Below are positions 14,401 through 27,600 of a stretch of 64,000 nt of DNA, in pieces. Numbering within the stretch: position 1 is the first letter of the stretch; each line of letters begins with the position of its first letter. The position numbers and the translations under genes were made by a program. Source of the DNA: Yuukianura sp. NJ FZ-2021 (lineage: Eukaryota); assembly GCA_046563655.1 (NCBI GenBank), contig CM102284.1, forward strand, positions 8,866,001 to 8,930,000. The letters are read 5' to 3'. The notes beneath the pieces were generated by a model. That model was not told where the DNA came from. It worked only from the letters and a program-made list of their open reading frames with translations, and did no database searches.

Positions 14401-15837
14401 TTTTTAAGTTTTCAGTTCTTTAACGAGATTGTTTACTAACTTTTAATGAAAATGGCAAGCAAAGACGTAGTTTTTGGTATGTTCGAACAGGACGAAGGTG
14501 GTGGTGGGGCTGGAAGTGGTGGGGCGAGTGGTGGTGGGCCTTCGGGAAGTTTGAAAATCCAATCAGGCCTCTGTTGTATCCCAGGATTCCCTCATCCAGG
14601 CTCTACGCAGCGAAAAGGAAAAGTACCCCACGCACTACTGGAAAGTGTGACGGTGGGGAGTGTCGTTCTGCCGGGAACCGTCACTGGACTCCTTCCTCAT
14701 CCGCAAGTCTACACACGCAAAACTTCTGTTCTCCCGCCGAAACCACCGACTGGATCAGGGGGCACAGGTCAAGGTCAAGATACTGGCGGAGGTCAAGGGT
14801 CAAGAACCAGCTCTGGACCGCCCTTTGTCTCTCCGACAGACCAGTCTCCCATGCTCCGTCCACTTGTAACGACCACCACTGCCATGTCACTATCCAATAG
14901 CGTCGATTCTGTTCTGTCTGATACACCAATCAAAGCTGGAAGCTCTACGTGTTTCAAGAATTCAAACAACCAATCAGAAACTTGTAACATTTTCGCGCCA
15001 ATTACTAATTTGCCCAAAGGCTTGCCACCGAAACCGACAGTCGGAGATACGCAAGCAGGAAAAAGCCGATCACTGGAGCGTAGCAAGTATGTGAGTCCAG
15101 GCGAACCGTGTGCTGGCAAGTACACTTCCGTTATGTACGATTCGTCAAGATGTCGAAGTCTGGATAGAAGAGAGCTGAAGTTAAGTATGCCTCCGCCGGT
15201 AGCTGTCAAGAATGTACCGGAAGAGCCAAAAGTGGAAGACAAGAAGGAGTCTAAAAATCTGAAGTCTAGTGTCAGTTCCAAAGCGGCCTTCTTTGGTCAA
15301 CTTCTGACGAGACGATCACCGAGTCCAGGACGTGACAAGGAAAAGAAGGAGAAAGAAGGCTCAACTCCGAAAATGGGCAGACGATTTCCTTTTGGCAGCA
15401 GCAAATCGTCACAACAGCAACAATTGTCGTCGTCTTCCTCTTCGGGCGAAGTCGAAGAGAGAATGATGCTGGACAAGCAAGGTAGACAGTCACAACGTAA
15501 CAGAATTTCAAGTAAATGGAGCAGTTGCAATACTTTGGAAGCAGTTGAAGAACAAAGTGGGTCTGAGAGTCCATGGACTTGTAGGAAGAGCAAGGGCAGT
15601 CCGAAGACCTCCAAGAAGATAAAAGATAAAGATCATGTGGGTCAATCTGCCCAAGGTCAACAGAGGTCAACAGACAAAGATGTCGGTGGCAACGAAGACA
15701 CTGGACAAACTGGCAAAAAGTGGGGACGGATTGTCAAAACTCCGTTTGGACTAAGATATACGTTTGGCAGTCCGCGAGTCGCTGCTCCTGTCGTGGACAA
15801 AACGTCGTCGTCACTGGCCAAAACACAAGAGAAGTGA
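11405..15837 (+). CDS. AMOT: Angiomotin-family coiled-coil protein, multi-exon; alternative stop at 13924 possible
   Basis: Angiomotin coiled-coil motifs HEALFASAERRESLERTARAKL and KERQDIELSAQRATLAEQRTHIEILDRALTNAQANVLRLEEECRKKQ; PPSY motif; joining of the 14446-15837 ORF is inferred. Confidence 0.8.
14150..14420. repeat. Low-complexity intronic repeat (TTTTCAGTGTTTTTAAG-like)
   Basis: Repeated TTTTCAG/TTTTAAG units. Confidence 0.6.
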
Positions 15838-17737
15838 AAAATTTAACAGAGCTTAAGGTCAAGTGGACGCTGGAATTCACTGGAAACTGAAAATTTTGAA
15901 GGTGCGGTGAGGAATTTGAAATGGTTTAAATTGAAGATCTTGAAAACGGAGGATTTTTGGAGAAAAACCACCGGACTGATGGAAATTTTGAAGTTGGCGG
16001 TTTTGAAAATGGTTCTTGTGAAAAATTTTGAAAATGGAGAATTATTTGGACTAAAACGGAGGCAGAGTGAGAAGAAAGAAGATTCGGAGGCAACTAATTC
16101 TCCGAATAGCGGATTTCCTAGTTTCTGTCTCATCTTTATCAATTAAGTTAGTTAGTTAATAATTTAATTTAGTTAATTAGTTAATTTTGTGTCCTTGGTT
16201 TATATTATTTTACGTTTACTATACGATTGTCGTCCTCTCCTTCCCTCTGAAAATATGAAAGCCATAGCATCGGTAACTCTGTAAATATTTTAGAAATCTT
16301 TATTTAAAATTAATGTTTTAAAACGTTAATTGTTTACATTCTTTTTGTTTTGTGCCCAAATAGCAGTCATTTCCTGTCTAAAAATGTACTTATAACAAGC
16401 CTTACTTTACGGGTCACTAACCTAAGTTTTTGAAAAGTTGAGTTTTTACGTTTTTCCGAACGACGAAACTGAAACGAACGATAACTTTTTAGTGAAAAAG
16501 TTTGTGTTTAGAGAGTTAATTTTACTAATTTCAATGTGCCGTAATGCTTGAGCATTCTAACGGGAAACTGGACATGATAAGCACAAGTTCCTACTTTTTT
16601 GGATTCAGTTTTCCTCCAAAAGTAACCAAAAACTAATTTTTGTGTGTGCAAAATTTGGTTTGTACTTTGTACGAAAACGTAAAAGAGCCAGAGATTTTCA
16701 AAAAAAAGTGGAAAAGCAGAACTTGTGTGTATGGCGTCTCTGGAATTCCAAAACACTTTTTCAAAATGTTGTTTTGTGCCGCCCAGTCTGCTTTTTGTGT
16801 CTAATCGTCCTAAAAACGGCCATTTTTAGTCAGTTTGGGAGAAAAAACGAACATGGTTTTGTGAGTGCCTTAATTGTAAACAAAAGTCCAAAAAGTGGTT
16901 TAAAAGTTAAGTAAGAATTTTTAGAGGAAAGAGATTTGTTATTTTGAGGAATTAATAAAAACTTTAATTTAATCTGCATTTTTATCCTCGTTTCACAACG
17001 ATTTTTTAAACTCCTAAATTTTCAACTTAAAATTACAAACTAAACGCTAAAAAAGTAACAGGGGAAGCATTTTTTGCTTCTTTTTTGGGGGATGAATTCT
17101 CCCCTTTTCATTTCTGGATTCGGTGCTCCCTGCTCCTTCATAAGTAAAAGTGCTATAAAACTTGTTGGTAGAAAACATTAGCACATGAAAATTTAAGTTA
17201 CAAAAACAGCTGAAACTATCAACATTCTCTATCTAGAACGGAAACACTAAAATTAAGTGGTCTTACCACAAGATAGGCCGGTAAAATTTTGTGAAAAAAA
17301 AATATTGTGAAAAAGTCCTTATATGGAATTACTGGCAAGCTACAAGTGGGTTGAAAATTTCAAGTTGAAATTTAATTCAAAAATTTCAGAATTACCGTGA
17401 TTCATAAGTTGTAAAACTAATCGACACTGTTTTTGGTGAAACAAACAACACTTTATCTCAATAGGAAATGCTAATCTGTCCTTACAAGTGATTACTCTCA
17501 CAAAGCTAAAACTCCCAGCTAAACGATTTCTGTTTCGACGGTTAGTTTTACTTGTTAGTCATTGACATTCCACATTTTAAAGAAACTAAACGTACGGAAA
17601 ACGTTTGAAAAAAGTCGGCGGACCTATAAAACAGAAAACAGAAAATTCAAAACTGTTACAAGAGTTTGTATTTCTCACAAGTTGTAAAGTATTATTCAGG
17701 AATAGATCAGGGTGACCTTTGACCTTCCAATTCTATT

Positions 17738-18939
17738 ATGCTGGGACTAATCTTGATTGTGGTGGTGACCTTGGTGGCAGTTCGGCAGTTCTTGTACTAC
17801 TACATCCGGAGAAAATGGGGTAAACATGACACTGGAAATGAGGAGTCAGTTGAGGGCAAAGTCGTGTTGATTACTGGAGCGAATAGTGGGATTGGTAAAG
17901 TCACTGCATACGAAATGGCTCAACGTGGAGCCACAGTGATCTTGGCGTGTCGAAATAAAGCTGCAGCGGCACAGACTATTTGCGACATTCGACACAAAAC
18001 ACAAAAGGGGAACCTGGTAAGACAAAAACAAAAACTATACTTCAGTTTCTCAAAAAAAAAGAAGAAATTTTGAAAATTTTGACTTTTTAGAGTGTGATGA
18101 AACTGGACCTGGCGTCGTTCGAGTCAATTCGGTCGTTTGCTTCGGATTTCGGAAAACGTTTTCCACAGCTTCACATTTTGATTAACAACGGAGGTGTGTT
18201 GACCCCTGGACGACATCAGACAAAGTCTAAAGATGGATACGAAATACACTTTGCCACGAATCATCTGGGACACTTTCTACTCACCAATCTCCTGCTGGAT
18301 CAACTCAAAGCTGGAGCACCGAGCCGGTAAGATCTGAAAAACGAAAAACTTCAATTAACATGACATTAACTTAATTAATCTATGATTTTTAGAGTTATCA
18401 CAGTCACTTCCCATATCCATGTCAAAGGCGAAATAGACTTTGACGACCTGATGGGCCAAACCAAACGTTATGTCGACGACATCACCAAAATCCAGTTCCC
18501 GCTCTACGCAAATTCCAAGTTGGCCAATGCCCTGTTCAGCCAAGAGTTGGGCCGTCGGCTGGCCGGAACCGGCGTGACGTCGTATGCACTCTGCCCGGGT
18601 GACGTCGTCACCAACATTTCTAGAAGTCTTGAACTTTCGCCCTTCATGCGCTGCATGTACGTTATATTCCGGTTTGTTCACAGGACGCCTGAAGAGGTAA
18701 CACAAAAATTAAAAAATCTTAAAATCTAAAAGAAAAAACAGGATTTTGAAACTTACTTTTCTGCACAGGGAGCACAAACAACACTGCATTGTGCCTTGTC
18801 CAAAAGCATAAGTTCTGAAACGGGTCAAATGTATCGAAACTGTGCTTTCTGGCCAATAGACGAACGGATTCCACTGGATGACGATGTGGCTCGCAGACTG
18901 TGGACGGAAAGTGCTAAACTGGTGGGTCTCGCGGCTTGA
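17738..18939 (+). CDS. Short-chain dehydrogenase/reductase, retinol dehydrogenase 11/12/14-like
   Basis: N-terminal TM segment, [27 protein letters not shown], catalytic YANSK; 4 exons. Confidence 0.93.
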
Positions 18940-19220
18940 AAACTCGTGGACCCACCATAACGTCCGTCCATGGTGAAATCCTTCAAAGTAACTAAATACT
19001 ATGCTAAGGATGCTAACAACGAATGTGTTAAGATTAATTGTTAATCATGAACTTATTAAACAGTTGACAATGCAATGAGCTATGAGCTCTCGAATGTTAT
19101 TCTCTTAAACATTCGGATAAATTCTAGTTTCAGGAAATTGTATGTTGGTAATCATGATTCACGTTAACTAATTCATATTAAGTGAGTTGATTTGTTATCG
19201 TTTTCGTTACGTTCAGTTGT

Positions 19221-19568
19221 TCAGAGACCAGGGAACGGAGATCTGCCTTCCTCAATTTGCTCTTCCCATTTGCGGACCCAGGCGTTTGGACAGAGTGACG
19301 TGTAGACCTTCTTGAAGTACTCACAAGGACCGTAGTCTTCTCCGCGAAGTTTAATGCACCGATGATACTCGACGAAGCTAATGGCACAGTGCTTGGTCTG
19401 ATTCTGATTTGGAAATCGTGGGTCGAACGGAGCTGTTTCCATTTTGTAGACTCTTTCCTCACCGTTGCCGTTGTCCGAGTAGTCGCCGCCACCAGATGAA
19501 CCAGCAGCATCAGCAGCACCGATTTCCTCAGCTGGACAATAAGGAACCTTTCCAGTGTCACCACTCAT
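19221..19568 (-). CDS. COX6B: Cytochrome c oxidase subunit 6B
   Basis: [30 protein letters not shown] twin CX9C signature. Confidence 0.95.
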   Translation of the reverse strand: MSGDTGKVPYCPAEEIGAADAAGSSGGGDYSDNGNGEERVYKMETAPFDPRFPNQNQTKHCAISFVEYHRCIKLRGEDYGPCEYFKKVYTSLCPNAWVRKWEEQIEEGRSPFPGL

Positions 19569-20699
19569 GTCGCCCGATTACTAAAAATAGAAAACAATTA
19601 CCTAGAAATGAGTGCTAGTCGAGCAGTAGTTTACTTTGAATTTGAACATCAATCGTCTTAACCATTCAGAGAACAGTAATTTTATCAATCCAGCCGCAAC
19701 TGCTTTACCTTTTACAGTGTGTCCTGTCAGTGATTGACCTCTGTGACCTCTCGTTAGTTCCAGAAAAAGTTGACGATTAGCTCCGTCTGATTGACGAGAC
19801 AAAGAAAACAACCGAAAAAAATTCAACTCAATGGATAAAAAATTGAAACAAACACGCATGCGTAAGGCGATTTGAATTTTTCCCGCGAAAAGTTGGGATG
19901 AGCGTCTCCGTCTTTCACAAGGTACGTCACCAGTTTTGAGGGCAACTTTGTAGGTGCCTATTAATTCCTAATCCTAATTAATTACTTTAATTAATTAATC
20001 CTGGTTAATTAATTAATGCTGAATTAATGCTTTTGTTACAATTAATCTACTAAAGATGGATTCGTTTTTACTACATTGTTCAAAACTACAAAGTTAGCAA
20101 CAGTTTGAAATGCTTCTCCGAGTTAACTAAATTATCGACGAAATAACGCAACAATACGAAATATAAACGTAATTGTAATTTACATAGTGCAAAGTGCACA
20201 CTAAATTCAAATAATGATTAACATGCTATGCTAACTAAGCTCACTTTCATAATACTGACAGGAACGTTACCTAACAATACTGCTTAGTACTGGACAAGAG
20301 ACATTTTTTTGATGAAACGTTGTTTCGTTGTTTTGTAACGATGAAGGAAGGAAGGCGACCGCAGGCAGGCATATTTTGTAACCGATTATAATTCTTATTA
20401 GATCAATTTTCCCCTCTGACACGCGTCCTGAAGAAAAACTGAATGTCATTCCATTGCTGAGGTTAAGGTTTTCTGGAAGCAAAATAAAATCGAAATTGTA
20501 AAACAACTTTTGAAAACATTGTTTTTCTTTTTTGTTTCCGAAAGGAGACATTTGTTAGGTTCCATTCTTTCAGTTTATTTTTTAAGTACCTTTTAGATTG
20601 TTGGAAAAGAAGCAGTTTAGTATAATTTCATTCAGGTAAACTTGTCGTAAGCGTAGATATAGGTCATGGTCGGATCACGATCCGCTCAGTTACTATCAT

Positions 20700-21272
20700 A
20701 CGATCATTGCTTACGTAGATATCCTCAGGAAAACATTTCGGTTCGTCTATAAATGGGTCTCGGAAATCTAGTAACAAGTATTAAAAATATTTAATAATTA
20801 ACGTTTTTTGACACTGGGAAAAGGGTATTATTCTGACAACGTATTTTGTAACTTACGATTTCCTGGACAATTCCACGTCTCTACACAGTAAAATTCGATT
20901 GCTCCCGCTGGGTCTTTTTCTGCCCTTGGCATAACCGTAATCGGTAATTCAAAAGTCAGGCACAGAGGTTGACAGCATTCCGCTACAAGAATGAACCAAA
21001 ACTTAGCATTGCATTGTTATTTGTTTGAACATGCTGATCAATTTTAAATGTTTAAACTTACTGATGGTAGCCAGAACGCCCCTGATTTTTCTCTGCGGAA
21101 TGATGTGTTCCCTTATCCACTCCTTGACTTTTTTCCGGATTTGCCGTCGTCTCGCCTCCTTCATCTCTTTCATTACTGATTTTTGGTATGTATTTAGCTG
21201 ACCTTGACCCTGATCCATGTAGTTCCGATCCACCCGGTTCCAAAGATCCGGTAAGCCGCCGTCCGTGTTCAT
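20700..21272 (-). CDS. Hypothetical spliced protein; 3' end not resolved
   Basis: Three exons join in frame (MNTDGGLPDLW..GVLATI|TECCQPLC..NCPGN|HFRDPF); no family recognised. Confidence 0.4.
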
Positions 21273-21837
21273 TTTACTATACACAATTGCCAAAAACCAG
21301 TAAGTTCTAGTTTTGTAGAAGTTGACCTTTTACAACTGACGATGATTGGAACTTTGGAAGACGATAAACGATCGATTACTCCTTCAACGTCGCTCACTAA
21401 ACGAAGTTAAAATGAATGGGGTCATGCTATTTATAGGAAAAAAAGTAAACAAACAACACGTGATACTTTTGAATTTGTTTTGGCGCGCTGCTCGTTGTTA
21501 TGGAGATGGAAATCACATTTCGTAAAAATTAAAAAAAAGAATTGGTCTTTTTTTCGTAATGTCTCCCAGTTTTTAATTAATTAATTACTCATTAATTTTG
21601 AGAAGCTGGTGACAAATGGAGTCAGTACTTTGATTGCTCTTGACTCTACACGATCACGGTCTGTGACCTCCCTAACTTGTAGTGCACACCATCGTATTCG
21701 TAACGGTTAAGGTAACATTTGTTCTTGGATTTATAAAATCATACACTGTTTAGCATAGTACAAGTTTGAACTAATGTTTCGCTTGTCGAATAATGTGTAA
21801 TATTGATGTTTTTCAGCCGTAGACGTGAGCACCGTAA

Positions 21838-22510
21838 TCATTTAGCGGTTGGTTCTTCATCGCCGTCACCATCTACGAGGTTTTCTCCGTTGTACGTTTC
21901 AGCCGGGTCACAGTACATAAAGGCTAGGTGAGTGTTTTCTGAAAAAGAAACAGTTTTTAAACAAACTGTTTGCTTGTTCAGCTGAAATATCATAAAAGTG
22001 TGTCTGTTTTCCTTCTTACCTACACTGGCTACCATTTCGTACTTGTCAGTTTCGACTCGGATGTAGTGGAGACGGGTGTGCGGGTCATTTTGACGGGCAA
22101 TGACAGTACCCAAGTAGTCCAGGTCCAAGCAAGCCTTGGTGTACGCCTGAACGATCTTCGGTGGAATGTTGCTGTTGAAATATACCACTTCGCCTATCAA
22201 CGATTTCAGAAACAGAGTTTGTTAAAGTGCCTAAAATGTACTGAATTCTTAAAAGTTAGGCAGGTCAGCTGTTTTTACCGTCGCGCGATGTAACCGCTGC
22301 TCCACGTACTCCTTTTTGATTCAGCAGTCGCCCTAGTGTTTCTTCGTAGTCTTGCAGGGTCATCGTGAACTAAACAGAAATCATTGGAAAACTAATTGTT
22401 ATTCATCGTTTTCTGATTACTTTTTACAGTTATCCCAACTTTACATTCGGATTCTTCTTGGTGCCGTCTTTCCCACCTGACGATGTCGCTGGATCATTAC
22501 TTGCTGACAT
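21838..22510 (-). CDS. Roadblock/LC7 dynein light chain-like protein (divergent)
   Basis: YEETLGRLLNQKGVRG..QNDPHTRLHYIRVETDKYEMV resembles DYNLRB EETLKRI.SHKGV..DLDP..DLTFLRIRSKK.EIMV. Confidence 0.7.
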
Positions 22511-23420
22511 GATTCCGTAATCGCAGATATTCGGAGCACTTCGAACTAAAAACGTTGTGAAACACACGACGTTCGTATCGTCTGCGTCTCTGCTCCGTCC
22601 GGCTTCGCTCTTTTGTGCCGCTCGAGCGGCGAGCGCGCTCGTCTCCTTTTTGGTAAAAGTTTGTTCAATTTTTGTCAAATTACATCAGGTTGTCATGGTT
22701 ATTGTTTTTTCACATTTTTTCTTGTACTTGTAGATGCATGATAAGACGATGGTGCCAAAATTTGAAGTTGTGTCAGGGCAGCAGAGGTGACCTTGGTGAC
22801 CTTTCGGTAAGTTGCTACTTGGCATCCGCATTTCTGGTATAATGCAGAATATGTCACCCCACTTTGTTCTCTGCGTTTTCAAGTGTTTATGCACTTTTTT
22901 CGATTACAGTTCATTCATCGCAGTGCAGCGTGGGCCTATGACATTCGGAACTTTTGAAGGTGAAACGAGTGAAATCACGATTATATTCAAAGAAGAAAGA
23001 ATTACGCGGTTTTGCTGATTTAAGATAATTTTCACGGTGTGAATGAAGTAAGTTACATTTTTCGTGAATTCTCGTCCTTTTTTTTTCAAAATGCGCGTCA
23101 GCTCAAGCATTGGTGGTATTTTTCACAACTTTTTGTATCTTGTGCGACGAATTCTTGATTTCCATTCCCTTGGAACATGAAAATCAAGGTCAATCGACTT
23201 GTAACCTGAAATAATTTTCAATCACCAACAAATTGAGTGTTCGTTTTGGAAAAAAAAAACCTGCTTGTAATAGCGTGATTCTGCCCACAGAATCTCATCA
23301 CAACGCGACAGAATGATTTTTCACGTGAAGTTCATCTTCCAAATTCCAACGAAAGGAAACAACGAATGAAACTGGATCAAAATATTTTTAATGCTTAGCA
23401 TTACAAATTATGATGATGAC

Positions 23421-24109
23421 CACACTTGGGCAAGCCAGCCAATGCCAGACCCCTCCCTGGGGTGGGGCAGTGGGGGGGGGGGTGTTAAGAAATTCGTTTT
23501 TTTTTCTGTTTTTTTTTCTTTTTTAACTTTTGAATTTTTGGGACTAAAAATCGTGTGGGCGTTCCGAATTGAGCAAAATTAGCTAAAAATTGCGGCGTTA
23601 GGCGCGAGAAAATTTTTGATTGCAACACGCAAAAATTGTATCGGAGAATCCGAGAATTACGAGAAATAGATTTTAATTGATTTGAACACCCAGAAAATTA
23701 TTTTGGCATCCTCCAAGCTCTAATCGGGGTCCAAATGAGGAAGTGGGATCTGAAAACACGATAGCAAGGTAATTTGCGCCGAAGGCGCAACGAAAATTTT
23801 AAGTTTTAGTTAAAAACTCACTTTCTGGGACGCTGTCTGTAGGTTTTTGGGGTCTTCACACGTCAAAAACGAATACGTAGCGCCGTATCCATGCAAATTT
23901 TTCGAAATTCTAGGGTGAATTAGTTAACCAAAGGAATTCGCGCCGGAGGCGCGAGATTTTTTCGAAATTTTGACTGTAAAAGTCGTCAAATTTGACGAAA
24001 TTCATACGTAGACCCCTCAATTTCCGACAAAATTTCCAGACCCCTCCCTGGCGGCTCTCGCCGCCAGACCCCTCCTACATAGGCTGGCATAGGCTGTTGC
24101 CCAAGTGTG
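23421..24109. mobile_element. Non-autonomous hAT-type DNA transposon (MITE), 689 bp
   Basis: TIRs CACACTTGGGCAAGCCAGCCAATGCCAG / CTGGCATAGGCTGTTGCCCAAGTGTG; perfect 8-bp TSD ATGATGAC at 23413-23420 and 24110-24117. Confidence 0.88.
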
Positions 24110-24681
24110 ATGATGACATATTTAGCAATTTTCGCACGCAATGAAATCGTGGTGTACAGATCAGTACTGCTCACACGCCAGTAAAACCTGATGTAATGCT
24201 GCATCGTGAATCACGATTCGTGATTTGCTGTATAAACTTCAGCTTGAGAAATTTTTAATTTTGAAAAGTAATTAATTCCAGTTTTGTATTTTTTGTTTCA
24301 GGAACTACTGAATCATCGGAGCTGCTTATCATGCTGATGGCCTATCATCACCAGTTGACTCTGTGATCAGTTCCATTTCGTTTAAGCTTCACTCCACAGC
24401 GTCGGGCGTGCCATTTGAGAGCAGAGCTGAGCTAGAAGCCTCCGCTGGACTGGAAAAAGTATAAAGGGAAGGCAAATCCAGTTTGTCAACTTACAACTCT
24501 CAGCTGCTTTTGCCACTTCCACACAACAAGAACCTGCTTCCTCTCTCTCCTTTGTGTTCGAGTGAGTACTTTATATCATTTTCATTTTGTTTTTCAAAAA
24601 ACCAAAGTTATTTAACATCAAAACATCTTATGTTTTTCAGTTTTGAGCTTGTCCTGGACCAGACAACAATCTTGTGTGACC

Positions 24682-27600
24682 ATGAAAATGGACAGCCTCA
24701 ATGGCCTCTGCTACAAGAAAACGGAATACGAATGCTACGTACTAAACGGAGCTGACCATCTTCATCACGACTCCAAAGGAATCAGGTAATTACAATCTTC
24801 AATTACTTAACTAATTACGGAATTAGTTGAGTCAGCATTTAATTACTTGAGGAACTACGTGATTCCTAGATTTAAATCTTAACGCTGATGTCAGTTGTGA
24901 CTCGTGAGAATTCGGAATTTCTTAATTTTGAAGTTAGGGCAATTTATTAAGCTGAGATTTAAAATCTCGATATCAGAAGTACGCAATTTAACGTGGGATT
25001 TTACTTCCAGTGTAACGTAGAAAGTCTTACTTGCTACGACGTAAAGTTTTTTTTTTTGAAAAGTTGGTGGTGTGATGCAATTTTTGTTTAAGTTTAGAAT
25101 TTTAGAATTTTTGGTTTTCTGGTCAGCGGAAATCGATTTCCTCGTTTTTTCCACTGCATTTTTCATGTTTCCGCAAACTACAAAAAGTAGAAAAAAAACG
25201 ATGGAAATTGGCCATCGATTTTCGGGTTTCGAGTTTTCCATTTTGAGTTAATTTTGTTGAATAACGTCAGGTTTTAGGAAGTAGGAAAGCAATCGATTTT
25301 TTAGGAAAGTAATCGATTTTTGAGCTTTCTGACCAAAAATGTCCGATTTTAATGGGAACCGGAAAGGTCAAAGTGGTTTTGTGGCACGACGTGATGGTTT
25401 TTTCGTATGGTGTGACCTGGTAAGGGACATAGAACTGTCGTGGCCAAGGAAAAAGTGACGCATGACGCTTTATTTCCACAAGATCGTACGATGTTTTTCT
25501 CGTACGATGCATTTTACATTGGAGTTTTTAGAATTGGATGAGTCCAAAAACCTCCGGCGGTTGAAAGTCGGGCGGGTAGGAAGTTTTTTTGCACAAGTTT
25601 CGGGAGTTTTGCGATGGATTTGCCATAAGGCTGTATGTGTGTCATCGCCATTTGGGTTTGGCAGGAGAGCAGGCGAAAAGAACGTGTTTCCTCCGTGCTT
25701 TTTTATTTGCTTTGATTATAAATTGTAAAGTGTCATTTTCATATTGTGATTAATTTTTAATGCATTGTTAGTTTTAGTTTTAAATTTCTGAAAATGAAGA
25801 CAATGCAATGTTGGATGAATGGCGTTGTTGTTAAAAACTGTTCTCGGAGTTGCTAATTTTGGAACTTTTGTTTGTGTGAACTTTGAAATTGATACTTTTG
25901 AATTTTGGAGGACGCGGTCCATGACTTTTTAATAATTTTAAAGTGTTTGACCTTTGGTTAACATTTGGGCAGGATTGATGTCACTCGATTAGAGTTTTGA
26001 AGTGGGTTCACACGGGAATTCAAAGAACAAAGTCTACTTTTTGCAAAATGTCATCTAATTTAAGGAAAACTAAACTAAAACTTTTTTTTGGGCAAATTCT
26101 TCCCGTATGCGTGCTAAATCTTTAGCTTCTCTGATGAGTTTGTTTGGATATTTTTGTGTTGAAAAGTTGAAGGAGGTCAGTTCGTGACCCATTTTTTGAT
26201 CTTGACGAGCAAACGCAACTCGGCAGCTTCTGTTTCCTAGTTCATTTCACAAATAATTAATAAAGTAACGGGGTTGGTTTTTGCAACTTTTTTGTACTTT
26301 TGGGACTCAGTCAACACTTCCGTTTCCGTCGTTTTAATTGTTAAAATTCTCAGCAATTAATGCTTTCCTGGGAAATGCTGTGGGATTTGCTCCGTTTAGT
26401 TTCCGACTTTTCGGTGTTTCTAAAAATTCAAAAACTGTTTTTTTCCTTTGAATTTCTTTGACAGTTTTCCAAACTCGTAGGTTGCGTTTGAATTTAAAAT
26501 CTAATCTAAAAGTTACGTTATTGGTTTAGCCTAACAACAACAAACAGTAAATTCGGAAGGACGAATACTTGTGATTTATAACGGTTGCAAAGTGCACTAT
26601 AAAGTTCACGTGGAGGGCAAATGCAATCTTACATCCTCTAAACTTTAAACTTTCAAACAAGGATCTAAGTTTGTTAGGTTTTTATGCTAGGTTCATGATA
26701 TAAAAGTTTAGAATAGACTAACAACAGTCATTCTGTTGGATCGTGCAAAGGAAACAATGGGTTTTCGGTTAGGATAAGCTTTAACTACCACCAGATTTAA
26801 ATTTTAGTAGCTCGCTGTTGCGTAATAGTACATTTTAATAGTGCGCATTTTGTGAGAAAAAAGTGTAATTTGGCAGAGATTCAAGAGGTCAATGAAACTG
26901 AATCTTGAGATCAAGAGTTCTGATTGTCTGAACAAAAAAATCCGGGTTACGCCGGGTCATTTAATTTTTGGACAGAAAAGGAGAAGTTGTTTTTTGGCAG
27001 GAAGACTTTTTGTGTTGAAGGAATAAATTGTTAGTTATGCAGGTCAGGGAAGCGAAACTGGGCTGCACGACAATGTGCTCATAGAGTATAGATAATTATA
27101 TAGTTTTCAAAAAAAATAATACACGAAGCTAAAAACATTTTGAAAGGAAAGAAAAACTTGAAAGTTTAGGCAAAATTGGAAGGTGAACAAAAAAAAACTT
27201 TGAATAATTTACTTGCCGAAAGGAAGATTTGGAAAGTTAATTCCAAATTAGGGCGTCAAAGATGTTAGGTGTGAAAAGTTAAACACTTTTGTTATAAATA
27301 TAGTAAGAAATATTACAAATGCATATTTGAAATATTACATTATTAGAGAGTAATTGCAAACCGAAATATAGAGCAAAATATAGAATATAAATATTCATAT
27401 TTAATTTTGAAATAGTAAGTAATAAGTATGCATATTTGAAATATATAGTAAGATATAAGTTACAGGAATTTCAAACGGTTGAGTCCTGTTTAAACCCGCC
27501 AAAGTAGACTGCGCTGGGAAAGTGGGCAAAATAAATGTCGCGAAGGTATATGTCGCCAAAATTAGTGTCGCCAGGTAAATTGTCATTTGTCGCCAAATAT

